A DNA stretch of 64,000 nucleotides from Octopus bimaculoides (GCF_001194135.2 NC_068983.1:69851015-69915014), one strand, 5' to 3'. Shown: positions 36,425-50,708, numbered from the stretch's first letter. Numbers and translations: made by a program. The notes: generated from the sequence alone by a model not told the origin.

Positions 36425-37680
36425 GGTGAGCTGGCAGAATTGTTAGCACGCTGGGCAAAATGGTCACTGGCATTTCGTCTGTCCTTACAGTCTGAGTTCA
36501 AATTCTGCTATGATCGACTTTGCTTTTCATCCTTTTAGGGTTGAAAAAATGCTTAGCAACATTTTATCTGTCAAACCACAAAGAATTCCTCTCAACATAT
36601 GGTTATGATGCTCTCCCATTACTTCTGCTAGGGATCAGAGATGCACATATCATCAGCCGCTAAGGGACATGCTCAACTGGTTACAGTCAAGCAACTTAAC
36701 AAGCAAATATGTGGTATTGAGCAGAATATTTACAGTAGCCCATCTTTGATACCAAGACAAAACAATGTACATGATAACACTTCCAATCAGTTAAGATTAA
36801 AAGCCATGAGAGCCACTGTCTGGCACAGCATCAGGGAAATCATCATCGTTATTATTATTATTATTATTGAAAGCTGGCAGAATCATTAGCACAATGGGCA
36901 AAATGCTTAGCAATATTTTATCTGTCTTTGTGCTCTGAGTTCAAATTCCACCAAGGTCAGCTTTGCCTTTCATCCTTTCAGGATCGATAAAATAAGTACC
37001 AATTGAGTACTGGGGTCAATGTAATCGACTAGTCCCCTTCCCCAAAATTTCAGGCCTTGCACCTTTAGTAGAGAGGAATATTATTATTATTATTGAATGA
37101 GAGAGCAGTGCATGCCATCAAAGTGACACTGGGGTAAAATAAACAAAGCCCAGTATACCCATCATGACTACCCATCTGATAAGGGTACACCAGGCACATG
37201 CATCACAACAATACGTGCACAACATAATGATCTCATATCAAGATAAACAGTACATGACCTTGCAAGTGGGGCCCAGTTAGAATTTTCATCAAGTTGAGTA
37301 GGCCATCCTGCTCAAAAGGTCCCTGAATAAGGTTTGTTTAAGGATGTTGAACAAAACACCCATGTTTCCAAGGGTGAATTATCCAAACCCCAAAGAATTC
37401 CTCTCAACACATGGCTATGATGCTCCCCCACTACTTCTGCTTGTGCTCAGAGAGGTACATATCGTCAGCCACTAAGGGACATGCTCAATTGATTAAGGTC
37501 AAACAACTAACAAGCAAATCTGTGGTATTGAGCAGAATATTTGCTGTAGCCCATCTTTTATACCAAGACTAAACAATGTACATGATAACACTTCCAATCA
37601 GTTAGGATCAGAAACCATGAGAGCCACTGCCTGGTACTCATCATCATCATCACCATCACCATCATCATCATCATCATCAT
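36418..37680. mobile_element. Nested stack: family A SINE part, half 520-bp element, family A SINE, full 520-bp element, separated by ATT/ATC runs
   Basis: Component homologies as described for the other copies. Confidence 0.8.
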
Positions 37681-38599
37681 CAAATATTAAATCGAAATCA
37701 AATTCTTTCTGATAATTAAATGAGTTTAACTTATATACATAAGAAGTTCTTTTTTTTTTTTTTAATTTAAAATTTTTTTCTTCTGCATTTCGTAGCCATA
37801 AGCTGACCAAAATTGTATAAAGTTCAAATTAAAATTAATACTATGTTTGTCATATGGTTTTTTGTTGCAGTTGTATTTTTCTTATTTCATTGATTTATTT
37901 ACATTCTGTTGGAACATTAATGCTTTCTGTCAGCAGCTCTTGAAATACATTTATTTTATCTATTATGGTAAAATATACTCTGTTGATTAGAGAAACAGAA
38001 GTACTATTGTAAGTGCTATTTGCACTGCAGGAGAATGTCTTGAAATAATCCACGTATTAAATGAAATTCCAGCCTGTTTTGTTTTCAAAATATGATGTAA
38101 AGATTTTAAAGAAATCTTAATATCTTGGTCAGGAAGATACAGTAGTAGTCTGAATAACACAGACAGGCAGAAGCAGACATGCAGACATACATACATCTAC
38201 ATAAACACAAACACACACATACATATATGTACACATACACACACACATGAATGTTTGTGTGTAAGTATATGTATATATATTAATGAATATTTATATAAAA
38301 CACAATATGTATTAAAATACAAAGCAATTAAACCATGAAGGAATGAAAGGAGACTTTGGGACCAGAAGCTAGAGGAAGTGATGCTGTGTGAAGAAGCAGG
38401 GCATTTGAACAGCCTCTTTCTTCTTCAGGACATTAAAGGAAACAGACGTGTGGAAGAGATCTCTGAGAGAGAGAGAGAAAGAGAGTACTTTCTGGTCAGA
38501 GGTTGGGGTAGTGTACACATGTAGGTATGACCATTGAGTTCAACTGATTCTTGGGAAGTGAAGCTGGATACTCTGTTCTGATTTCATCTCAAGGTAATC

Positions 38600-38935
38600 A
38601 TCATTATCATCATTTAACATCCACTTTCCATGCTGACATGGGTTGAACGGTTTGACTGGGGACTGGTGAGCCAGTTGGCTGCACCATGCTCCAATCTGAT
38701 CTGGCAGAGTTTCTACAGCTGGATGCTCTTCTTAATGCCAACCACTCTGAGAGTGTAGTGGGTGGTACTGGCAATGGCCACGCTCAAATGGTGTCTTTAT
38801 GTGTCACCTGCATAAGAGCCAGTCCAGCGGCACTGGCAATGCCCTCACTCAAATGTTGTCTTCCATGTACCACCAGCACAAGTGCCAGTAAGGTGACACT
38901 GGTAACGATCATGCTCGATTGAGTATCCTTATTTT
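38600..38935 (-). mobile_element. RTE LINE 3' UTR fragment
   Basis: catcatttaacatccactttccatgc...tttctacagctggatgc...gccaaccactctgagagtgtagtggg. Confidence 0.8.
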
Positions 38936-39031
38936 TTGCTTTCTTGTCACAAACTATTTCAACATGTTGTTCATCTGCTGTGGAGATATATTTCCATTTT
39001 TGTTTCTTCTGCCCCTCTAACACCAACACTC

Positions 39032-40080
39032 ATGATGGTTACCAGGATGTAGGTTAGTAACCACATTTTGAGACCATTTTCTTGGGAAGGTGGTGTGGTG
39101 GCCTGGATACAAAAAGTGAAGTTCCTGGTGAAGTTACAGAGCATTCCAGAAATGGCTAATCTTATGCCACTTTACTTAGAAGAAAGTGCACTGAAACAGT
39201 ATCTAGAAATGAATGAAGCAGATCAGCTGAAAATGTAGAAAATTGAAGAGCATCTGAGGGATGCATATACAAAAGGAACATTCAAAGCCTACAACAAACT
39301 AAGGAGAGTGGGATGGATGGGTGAGGCAGTTGATGACTATGTGAGTGACATCTGGAGATTAACTGAGTTAGCTGGGTTTACAGCTAGAGTAATGAAGTAG
39401 ATTGTGAAGCTGGTTTTTGCAACTAGTTTCCCTCCATCGCATCTCAGTGAGGCTGGAACAGATGCTGGACATCAACTTAATGTCAGTGGGTGAGCTAGTG
39501 GACAAGATGTAAGTGCTAACACAGAGTGACATGTCACAGCAACAGTGTTGGCAGATATAAGTAGAATGAAGAGGCAGGTGACAAATAACAAAAACAGTGG
39601 TATGATGAGATGGACGGCTAGGAGATCATGCTTTAAGTGTTGAGGTGTGCACATATTCAGAGATTGTATGAAATTGAAATCTGATGTGCCCAGCCCAGGC
39701 TTATAGAAAGCGTCTGCAAACAGGGAAATGAAGTGAGAGGGATTACTGCACTGGTACTTCTGCCCATGACCGATTAAAGTTGCACCAACGTTTATTGCCT
39801 GTAATATGGGTTCTGGTGAGGCAAGGGAAGCACAAGCCTTTGTTGATATGGATTGCACAACAACCCTGGTGACTGTAAAAATAGCTGAGAGCTGGAGAGG
39901 GAAAAGCTGCCTCAGTGTGGTGGATGGCAGGGAGGAGAGGTGCAGGAGCATCAATGAAGTAGAGCTGAAGGTACAGGAGATGTCGGTGAAGCTGCAGGTG
40001 ATTGTAGTCAATGAGGTGGTGGACAGTGTTGATGTAGTGGCAGGAATGGATTTAGTTGTACATTTGGAAAAGTGGGTAAT
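39032..40080 (+). mobile_element. Ty3/Gypsy gag-protease remnant, no LTR seen
   Basis: RPFSWEGGVVAWIQKVKFLVKL..LMPLYLEESAL (gag), CFKC*GVHIFRDC (zinc knuckle), AFVDMDCTTTLV...DVVAGMDLV (retropepsin with degenerate DTG and GMD flap). Confidence 0.8.
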
Positions 40081-40800
40081 CTGATGGTGCAAAGTCTGGA
40101 AGTAGGCAGAGTGAGGCAGCACTTCCAGCCCTTGAGTTCCTCAACTTTGCACTTGGTCACATTGTGTACTGGGGCATTATCATGCTGTAGGAGGATATAT
40201 TTTCGATTGTTCCATGCCAAGGAGTAGGCTTTCAAAGCATCATATAATTACTGCAGTTGTTGAGCATAAATGTTAGGATTTGCAGCACAACCCTCTGGAA
40301 CAAGCTCTAAGTGTTACACTCCTTGAAATTCCATCAAACATACAACATGGACTTCTATTCAAACAGCCCTTATTTGACAACAGGTTCTGAAGCATGGCTA
40401 GAACAAAGCAACTGATTTCTCATATTAGTATAACAAAAATAGATGTATTTTTCACCCCGACAGGCATCATGAAGATTTAACTGCAGTTGTTTGCAAATGT
40501 CCACATTTTATTGAGCCTGGTTGTTGGCCACTTCATGAGGAGCTTCATGACAGTATCTGCTCACAAGGTCAAGCTTATGGAAGTATTGATTGATGGGGCT
40601 TTGTGAAGGACCAGTTTCTACTGAGAATGGATAAATGCTTGTGCTTGGCTGTTGTTCAACCATTTCTACAACAAAAGGTCGTCTTGACCTTAGTTTGTCT
40701 TCAAGGCTGGTGTCCCCTTCCTTGAAACGTCTGAACCAGTTTTGTGCCACATCATTAATTTTTTTGCTACTGTCTTGCATTTGATCCTCAGAAATAGATA
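40081..40800 (-). mobile_element. mariner transposase fragments
   Basis: AQNWFRRFKEGDTSLEDKLRSRRP (HTH region) and ILLQHDNAPVH (catalytic region). Confidence 0.85.
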
Positions 40801-40979
40801 CATTCTCCCCCCACCCACCCATCAACCGCCTCACCAAAGTGAACTAGTCCAAATTTAGCCTGATTGAACTAGTTCACATACAACCAATGAACAGTTATCT
40901 AGGAATTTATTAAAGTGAATGTATAAAATAACTTTTTGTCTTTTCCTCAGCTTCATGTGTATTTTTCCAGTTACCAAGT

Positions 40980-41410
40980 GTTCTTTTCTACTCTAGGTAC
41001 AAGGCCCAAAATTTTTGAGAAGGGGGCCAGTTGATTAAATTGACCCCAGTACACAACTCGTATTTAATTTATCAATCCCAAAAGGATGAAAGGCAAAGTT
41101 GACCTTGATGGAATTTGAACTCAGAATGTAAACACAGACGAAATACTGCTAAGCATTTTGCCCAACATGCTAACATTTCTTATTTCTTTATTGCCCACAA
41201 GAGGCTAAATATAGAGGGGACAAACGAGGACAGACAAAGGGATTAAGTTGATTACATCGACTCCAGTGTGCAACTGGTACTTAATTTATCGACCCCGAAA
41301 GGATGAAAGGCAAAGTCGACCCCAGCAGAATTTGAACTCAGAATGTAAAGACAGACGAAATATTGCTAAGCATTTTGCCCGGCATACTAACGCTTCCACC
41401 AGCTCACCAC
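40980..41410 (-). mobile_element. Two adjacent family A SINEs (different tail subtypes)
   Basis: Reverse-complement matches; the second tail ttattgcccacaagaggctaaatatagagggg is shared with 55583-55812. Confidence 0.8.
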
Positions 41411-41599
41411 GTTAATCAATGACCAAATGTTGTTCTGACAACTGTCAAATGAAATTCTCCTTGTACCGACTGGTTTTTTTATAGTTTTAACTGTGAAATT
41501 TAAAGACTTAAAGCCAATACCAAATAGAATTATTTTGTTTCTCCAGTAATTTATTTTCTTCTATCTAGTATCAGCAAAGTTACAAAATCATGTTCATTA

Positions 41600-44250
41600 G
41601 GGTTCACATGAATTATAGCATGAAAAGAGACTCACTCAAAGCTTTACCTACTTTGCAGATCCTCCATTTATATATACTTCCACATGAATTTTGATGTGAC
41701 TGAAATAACATATTGTGGAGAGATTATTTATTTTTTTTATCATAAATTGTCCACTTTAGAAAATATTGCATCCAATGAATTTCTCATATTTTATTCAAAA
41801 TATCAGTTACATAATGCTTCTGCATAATTCTTTGATATTTTTACAGTTTTTGTAGTGACATACATGTTCATTCTTAACATGTTCCAGCAGATTTGAATTT
41901 GAATATGTTAATCAGTTCCACATTTGGTCTTTGAAGAGAACATCTCCTTTTATATGTTGCATATTGACAATACATTTGGTTCTTGATGTAAAGGGGCTTT
42001 AAGACACTGTTTTTTTTACCTGGTCAAGTATCTTCAGTCAAAGCTACACTCAAATAAGTAAATCTAAGCAAGACTGGTGGCAGTTGTTTATAGAATTCAG
42101 TAAATAAATTGTTTACTGATGCATGTTGATGTCTGTTTAATTGATGAAAATTATCATGTACATGTATAACAGTAGAAATCAAAATGGTGATGTATATAAC
42201 TATTTTTGATTCTGGAAGATTTGAATATGTTATTCACTGTTGTATTTCACCTTCAGAGAACACCCTCTCCTTTTAGACATGTGTTGGCAACACACTCAAT
42301 TCATTGACCTAAGGGGACTTTGAGATGCTGGTGTTTCAACTTGGCTGTGTCTCTCCAGTCAAATCTAACCTAGATAACCCTAGATTAATGACACTAGATT
42401 AGAATAGCTCTTTATACAACTCAGCAAATTATTTGCTGATGCTTGATAGTGTCTGCAAAATAGAAAAAATATCATAATGTTCATATGGAACAGCAAGAAT
42501 CAAAATGATAATGTACATATTGATTTGACAGACAAGTGACCACAGCTAACTGTATTCATTGATCTATATCCTCATCCAGACTATTGTCATAAGAAATCAC
42601 ACTGACCAAATAAACAAACTTTTACACTACTTTCAGATTTGATTACCAATCATGAAGGTTGCTAAAAGACTTTCTTTGATTTTTTCCTTTACATTCTTTG
42701 ATAGGCTGAAAGCTGAGATTGTCCAGTGGTAGACAATCCATTGCTTTATGAGTTGTTGAAGACCAGTTCACTTCAATGTTCTTGCCAATGCTTCATGATG
42801 TCAATTCTTTCTGTGTAGAAAAGTGAGCCATCCTTACTTCTAATTAGTACTATTCTAACTTTCTGGACATTGTACACTTTACTAAGACTGGTATAGAAGG
42901 CCTTCATATTATGAAAGTCACCAAGGATCTGAATCTAGTCTGCCTTCTTGCCTAACCATGGAGACTCCACAATTCCTTCTTGTAATAAGGCATTTGAATC
43001 ATTGAGTCAGCCAGTAGCTTGTCATGTACCTCATCCACTGAGATCTACTTGCTGGTACTTTTATCTTTGAGATACCTTTTCATTAAATCAGTCAATAAGC
43101 TTGCATCTGGAGAAGCCTATTAGTCTTGTGGAATCCACTTCATGGTGATGTAAGAAGAGGAAAATGTTGTCACATTTACATTGACAACTTGATTGTAGAC
43201 ACTAGCCTGGAATGTATCCAAGACCTCAAGGCAGTGATGATGCACCGAGAAGTGTGGTGAGTAGACGTTGTTGCTGTGGTCCAGGTTGCTACCCATCCAT
43301 AGTAATAAAAAAATATTGAGGCAACAGCTACTTTGAATGTTGCCTCATTCAACAGGGACCAGCAAGTATCCATTAGTGTAGTATCAGGTAGCACTTTTAG
43401 TAGGCAGGTCACGTTTACTGCAAGTGCATGTTACTGACATTCAGTCATGTTGGCATACTTCTACTGACTTTCTTGCCCCACAGTCTCATAGACAAATGCA
43501 CATGGCATATGTCAATACATTGTCAGTGAGGCTGTCATTTCTCATCTTGGTGCATGCACAACTTATATCCCTAATGCTGTCACTGCAGGTAAGTATGCAG
43601 ACCATCATATACCAATTCATTGACTGCAGATGACACCAGCTGTAAAACTACAATACAGGAAGCTAGAAAATGTTGTTAGTTATGGTAAAAATCATACTCA
43701 CTACATGGGTCAAGTAAAAGTTGTCAGCTGGAATTGAAATTATCTTTTCCAAAATGACCTAGATCTTGGTCTTATGTCTGGTAATCGTTTTCCACTTTTG
43801 TATTAAAATTTTTGAGGACAAGTAGCTGCTGGTACAATATCGAGATATCTACATTGTGTGGTATAGAACTCCTTTTTATTTTGCTTATTTGCCTTTGTAG
43901 AAACATAGATACTTAAATCAGTTACATTTTGATTTCCAGTTAGAGGTAACCTCATTTACATTAACCTATCAGATATGACAACAGGAAGCAACACCTGTTT
44001 ACTGACAAGCATGCTCATGGTGGTTAGGCTAACACCAACTTTACTCAATAAAACACTCTGCTTCATCTGAGGCTGATAAGACGAGCACAAGTTAATCAGA
44101 TTGGTAATATGGGTGATGTAATTGATTGTATACTTGAAGTTAGTCCATTGCACTTGTCTGAACCTTTTTCCCATTGACCATAAGAGGAAAAAAGGCAAAA
44201 ATATACTTTGATGGGATTTGTATTCAAAAGATGAAAAGCAAGAACATATA
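41600..44250 (-). mobile_element. Highly decayed RTE-BovB-like LINE
   Basis: Fragments such as IQILGDFHNMKAFYTSLSKVY and RSKDGSLFYTERIDIMKHWQEH resemble the EN-RT linker of RTE/BovB. Boundaries are approximate. Confidence 0.5.
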
Positions 44251-44889
44251 CTGCAAGTATTTTTTCCAGTGGTCTAATGTCTTTATCATTTTACAACTTA
44301 TAGCTTACAGAATTGGGAAAATTGCATTTACACTAAGAAAATATGAATTAATTATAGCATTTTAGCAGGGTAAAATTCATATTTTAGCATTTGCAGGTGG
44401 TATATGTTATTTGTCTGAAGAAAATATATTAGCTGAACTTAGTAAATGAATGCAATAAATATCACTGGTGAAATATAAAATTAGATTCAGAGACACATTA
44501 AAATAATAATAATGAATTTATTATATACAGCCCTCAGGTGCTCTACAGTTTGTTAGAAAAGAATAAAAGAGGGGGCAGAAAATGGAAATTAATCATTTAA
44601 TTAAAGAAAGCCAGTAATGAAAGCCAAAAGTGCATGCACAGAATATGACACAAAAAGACAGGAAAGTGAACAGTAAAAGATCCATAATGAACAATCAGCT
44701 TTAATTTGTTCTCATCAACTTCAATACCATAAATTGCTCTCCTTCTATGTATCCAGGTATGCAAGTGGTGGGGCCTCAATTTCCACTAAGCTGGTTGGTA
44801 GGATATAGTAAGTTTTGAACTCAGAATACAAAGTGCCAGAATAAATATCAATAGCATCCTGTTGAGTACACTAACTAGTTCCTTAGTCA

Positions 44890-45092
44890 TTCTTTTCTAC
44901 TCTAGGCACAAAGCCCAACATTTTTGGGGAGGGGACCAGTTGATTAGATCGACCCCAGTACTTAATTTATTGATCCCAAAAGGATGAAAGGGAAAATCGA
45001 CCTCGGCAGAATTTGAACTCAGAACGTAAAGACAGATAAAATACCACGAAGCATTTCACCCAGCATGCTAACGTTTCTGCCAGCTCGCCACC
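44890..45092 (-). mobile_element. Family A SINE with TSD
   Basis: TAACTAGTTCCTTAGT duplicated on both sides. Confidence 0.85.
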
Positions 45093-46931
45093 TAACTAGT
45101 TCCTTAGTTATTGACCCCAAAAGGATGAAATGCAAAGTAAATTTTAGTAGGATCTGAACTCTAAAACAAACAGCCTCAATATATACAGCAAGACATTTTG
45201 TTTATCCCTCTAATGCTACAGCCATTTCACTGCCTTGGAATTTCAGGAAAGGAAAAAATATGTATTTATGTGAGGAAAATATGAAGGAAATATGGCATTT
45301 TAATTGGAGAAAAATATCATATTTTAGCATTTGTAGGTAGTGTGTGTTATTTGGTTCAAGAAAAATAAATGAGTGGGTAGATTAGGTAAACACTGTGTTT
45401 AGTTATTAGGAGGGTCTATAATATTTAACTAGGAAGAATGCAGTGTCTTGTTGAAAAGGATATGATACCTATAAGGAAGATTTATGGCATTTTAGCAAGT
45501 AGAAGAAAGAAAGAAAAAAAGAATTGATATCTAACTAGATAAATCATGCAGTCTAGTTTGGTAAATGAAGATGATGTCAATAACGACAATGATGATATAT
45601 TAGTAGTAGCAGTGGTGGTGGTTGGAGAAGGAGGGAAAAAAGAGCAGGAGAATATGTAGAGAGAATGACTTGGTTGAGTAAAGAGAGTAAATAATGGTAG
45701 TTAGCGTATTCTTTTGGCTTTGATTGGCAGTCACTCTAAATGTAATATAAGTCTTTAATCCAATTTTTGAATCAGTATTCAGCGACTGACTTCTTTGTAA
45801 TATAATAGCAGGGAAAAAAATGTAAGAAAATAATAAATAGATAAATAAATAAATGAATAAAAATTCCTGAAAGTTCTAGCCAATATAGGACTTGTGTGTG
45901 CGTGTGTGTGTGTGTGTGTGTTATGTGAGGGGCCATGGCTTACTGTTTTAGGGTGTTTGTGTCATAGGTTTCAAGGTGTGAGTTTCAATTTTTGGATCAG
46001 TTGGTATGTCATGACCTTGAGCAAGGCACTTCATTTCCCAGTACCCCTATACACTCATCTGAAAATGAATCTCAGTGGTATCTGGGCAACAGATGGAGGT
46101 GCAGTTTCATGGGGCAATCTACTCTCAGCCTAACTCCTTGAAAATATGTTGTGTAATATATATTTACTAGCAATGTACCCTGGCATTGCCTGTGTGTCAT
46201 GACCTACAGCTACATTGTATTATTTGTTCCTTTCTCATGGGCAGAATCAGCATATGAGGAGTATGAAGCAAACAAACTCTTCTTTATAAACATGTTTCTC
46301 AGTCATTTTCTGATAAATAACACTACAGTTTCTGTCTAGCAAATTCTGTCACAAGTCTGTGGATGGCTTAAGGCTATGATAGAAAACATTTGCCCAAGAT
46401 ACCATGCAGAGAAACTGGACGTGGAACCATGTGGTTGGGAAGCAAACTTCTCATCCACATAATCATTCTTTCACCTAATATGTGTGTGTATGTTAACATT
46501 TGTTGTTAAGTCAAATTTTGTGTCTCATTATGTCTGAAAGTTAGCAGTTCATCAAGTAGAGATCGATTAAATAAATGCCAGACTGAAATAAATACTGAGG
46601 TCAGTATGATCAGTTAAAATTCTGAAGGTGATACCCCATCATGGCAATAGTCGAAAGACTAAACCTAGTAAAATAATGTTTAAAAACTCAATGGTTTCAA
46701 ATTTAAGGTAATGGATTACTAACCACAAGATAATGAGTTCAAAACTTCGTATTGAACTTCCACTTTATATGATAACACTATATGTACATCTCAGTCTACT
46801 TGACTTCCAACAATTAACAACTGTAATTTGAAGATGAATGGTTACCAGTAAGAAAGATGTCCAGATTTCTTTAAAGATTATTGTGCAAAATATTCTGAGA
46901 AAAAGTGTTTTTTTCCCCACAACAAAACACG

Positions 46932-46973
<42 letters not shown>

Positions 46974-47240
46974 TCTTTGTGGTAACTTGAGTTACTTCAA
47001 ATAGAAGCCAAACCTCTCTTAAAACACACCCCTTCATCAAAAGAAAGACACAGATTTACAGTATTTCAGAAACAAAACTATGCAATGGGTCTGCTACATC
47101 AGAGGAAACTCCGGGCTAAACAAAACACAACAAACATACTTTACCTTAAAAGATTATCTAGTAAATAATACTAATAAAGTAGACGGTATAACTTTGAAGT
47201 TTCATTCCCTGGTAAAACTTCATGTATTTTAAACATTTTC

Positions 47241-48100
47241 TTACCAATTTTTTGATCTGTCAAGTCCATACTTGTTGCAAAGTGCCCAATGGACAAGCAT
47301 AGCTATATTGTCATGGCATCTCTTATATTTCTTCTGGGCTAGTGACATACATTGTCTGGTAATGTGCCTTATGGTTTCACCGTTTCGACCACAGATTCTG
47401 CACTTATCACTTTCTGCTGTGTTGTCTATTCTGTATTTTATGTAGATTGTTCTTAGTGCTTGCTCTTGGGCAGCACAGATTAAAGCCTCCGTTTCCAGTT
47501 TTAAATCACTTTTAGTAATCCACAGCCATCTTTTTTCTCTGTCTGTCTTATCTTCAACATCCCTATGAAATTGACCATGCATTCTTTTCTTTACCCACCT
47601 ATTTTCAGTTTCATTCATTTTCAATTTCTTATAGTGCTTTATCTTTGCAATCTTTCATCCTACACAAGCCTGACCTTCTTACTTCTAATAATAGCGGTTC
47701 TTTGGAATTTTTTACATATCAAGCTATGTTGTTTTCTTCTGCTCTAATGCTGTGTTTGCATCCAATAAGTCCTCTTCCCCCTCTTTTTCTTGGTACATAC
47801 AGTCTGTCGGTGTCACTTTTTGGGTGGAGTAACCCATATCTAGTTAGCAACTTCCTTGTCTTTCTGTCTAAGCTGTTTAGTTTGTCTACTGTCCATGCGA
47901 GTACCCCTGCTCCATATCTAAGGAGTGAAACCGCCCAGGTTTTGATAGCTTCGATCTGATTCCGTCCGTTTAATTTCGACTTAAGGATCAGTCTCAGTCT
48001 GTGCAAGTACTCCGCCTTAAATTTTTCTGTCATTTCTTTCTCCATCAATTTATTCATTTCCAAAATCCCTAAGTACTTATTGACCATCTCTTCTATCTGC
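47241..48100 (-). mobile_element. R4/Dong-clade LINE fragment (RT thumb, CCHC knuckle)
   Basis: YKYLG-like NKYLGILE, LDRKTRKLLT..LHPKSDTDRLYVPRKRGGRGL, ETEALICAAQEQALRT, CRICGRNGETIRHI..C..LAQKKYKRCHD. The 5' truncation abuts an (AAT)n tract. Confidence 0.92.
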
Positions 48101-48103
48101 TTC

Positions 48104-48137
<34 letters not shown>

Positions 48138-48351
48138 TCGAGTGTGGCCGTTGCCAGTATCGCCTGACTGGCCTTCGTGCAGGTGACACGTAAAAGCACC
48201 TACTACACTCTCTGAGTGGTTGGCGTTAGGAAGGGCATCCAGCTGTAGAAACTCTGCCAAATTTAGATTGGAGCCTGGTGTTGCCATCCAGTTTCACCAG
48301 TCCTCAGTCAAGTCGTTCAACCCATGCTAGCATGGAAAGCGGACGTTAAAC

Positions 48352-48378
<27 letters not shown>
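48138..48378 (+). mobile_element. RTE LINE 3' UTR with (GAT)n tail, embedded between (ATT)n tracts
   Basis: Reverse complement of the 23384-23590 UTR. Confidence 0.88.
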
Positions 48379-48424
<46 letters not shown>

Positions 48425-48426
<2 letters not shown>

Positions 48427-48817
48427 AGTTGGTGAGCTGGCAGAACAGTTAGCATACCAGGCAAAATTCTTAGTGGCATTTCATCCTGGGTTCAAATTCC
48501 ACTGCGGTCAACTTTGCATTTCATCTTTTCAGGGTCAATAAATTAAGTACTAGTGAAGCACTGGTATTGATGTAATCAACTAGTCCCCTCCCCTCACATT
48601 TCAGGCCTTGTGCCTTTAGTAGAAAGGCCTATTATCATTATTATTATTAAAGGCAGTGAGCTAGCAGAACAGTGAGCACACCAAGCAAAATGCTTAGTGG
48701 CATTTCAACTGTCTTTGAATTCTGAGTTCAAATTCCATGGAAGTTGACTAGCCTTTCATCCTGTTTGACTGATCCCCTCCCCATCAAATTTCAGGCCTTG
48801 TGCTTATAGGAAAAAGG

Positions 48818-48855
<38 letters not shown>

Positions 48856-49290
48856 CAAAAATGTGTCAAGCTGGCAGAATTGTTAGCCTGCTGGGCAAAA
48901 TGCTCAATAGCATTCTGCTCATCTTCCCTATCTGTCTTCAAATTCCACTGAGGTCGACTTTGCCTTTCATCCTTTCAGGGTTAAAAAAAAAAGTACCAGT
49001 TGAGTACTGAGATCAATGCAATTAATTTACCCCTCCTCCAAAATCGCAGGTATTGTGCCAAAATATGAAACCAGTGTTATTATTATTAAGAGGTAAGCTG
49101 GCAGAATCATTAGCATGCCAAACAAAATACTTAGTGGCATTTTGTTCATCTTTTTGTTCTGAGTTCAAATGCTGCAGAGGTCAACTTTGCATTTCACCCT
49201 TCTGGGGTTGATAAAATAAATACTAGTTGAGCATTGGGGATGATGTAATCTCCGAAACTGCAGGCCTTGCGCTAAAATTTGAAACCTTTA
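48425..49290 (+). mobile_element. Four head-to-tail family A SINEs separated by (ATT)n
   Basis: Heads at ~48425, 48649, 48857 and 49088. Confidence 0.88.
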
Positions 49291-50708
49291 TTATTATTAT
49301 TATCATCATTACTACTACTACTAAAAATTTTAGAACTAGAAACTTATTATTATTACAATTATTATTTATCTACTTATTTATAGTTTAGAATTGCTCGAGC
49401 ATTAAACAAAATGACTTGGAGCATTTGTTCTGGCTGTTTCCATTCTGATTTCAGATCCCACTAGATCAACTTTTAACTTTCCAGGATAGATAAAATAAAA
49501 CACAAGTCATATACTGCAGTTTACTCATCTTCTGCCTTCAAATTTCAAACCTCGTACTTATGTTACAGATTACCATTAGAATTTGTTGCTGTTGTTGTTG
49601 TTTCTGTTGTTGTTGATAATGATGATGATGATACTGTTACCAAATTGTGACAGAATTTCTGGAAAAACACTTACTTGATGGAAAAAGTGTGTTTTTATTC
49701 ATCTTGTCAGAGTAGGGCAAGAAAAAATTTGACTATCTACTCAATTGCTACCAAGTGAAAAATAAACTTTGGACATTATAGTTTTGCACTTATCCACTGA
49801 GTTTAGTTATTAGTGATTTAGTGCAGCTAGCTTTGAGACAATTGGAAGTGAAGCTAGCCACAATGACATCCTGAAAGGATTTGAAAATTAAAAAAAAATT
49901 AAACAAAATGAAAGATCGTAGTAGACAAATGAAAACAATGTTGCAAATAAATAAACATTAAAATCAGTTGAAATATGTTTGGGATATATCTTCCCTGAGC
50001 AAAAGCCATATTCACTACTTTTTGCCATTGAAAACATTATTTGCTTTAGGCAATAGCTATTGATAAACACCAACATTAATTTCAAGGCAACTTCTCTTAG
50101 TGGTGCAGAGAATGCATTTCTAGCTTCTAGCTATTATCAGCATTGTGTTCCACAGGACAGACAACTCTGAAATGACTCTGGAAACAGTAATTTCCTTATT
50201 ATGTATCAGAATCAAAACATGAGCTGATCACACATAATGCCAGCCCAGCTAAAACAAAATATTTGTAGTGGGCATGCAAAAGTAGAGTTGTGGGTAAAGA
50301 AATATTTAGATTAGTTCAAATATGTCTGGGACATATTTGAACTGTATAAAGGCTGTATTCACCTTTTCAAACTAAAATATTTTTATTGGAAAAAAAAAAA
50401 ATTATAATTAAATGAGCACAATTGTAAACAGAGACATTTGATGAACCCAAGTGAAATGAAAAAAAAAAGCACAAAACATTAATAAAAGTTTGTGCTTTCA
50501 TCATTTGGATATCATGTAGATAGATGATGCACAAATTATGGAGCCATCAAAATCTATGCCACAACTATCAAGAGGGTTTCACATGTGTTGTTATATGTCT
50601 TAGGAGAGAAATTTTACACATGATTTATTTTGCAACACACTTAAACTTTTCTGTGTTGCAGTTTTTATGCCCATTTCTATTCCAGAGCCTCTTTCAAAAT
50701 GACTCCAG

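Noticed and set aside
48425-49290. CRISPR-like repeat-spacer appearance of tandem units
   Set aside because: Units are ~200-bp eukaryotic SINEs separated by microsatellites; there are no cas genes and the sequence is animal DNA.
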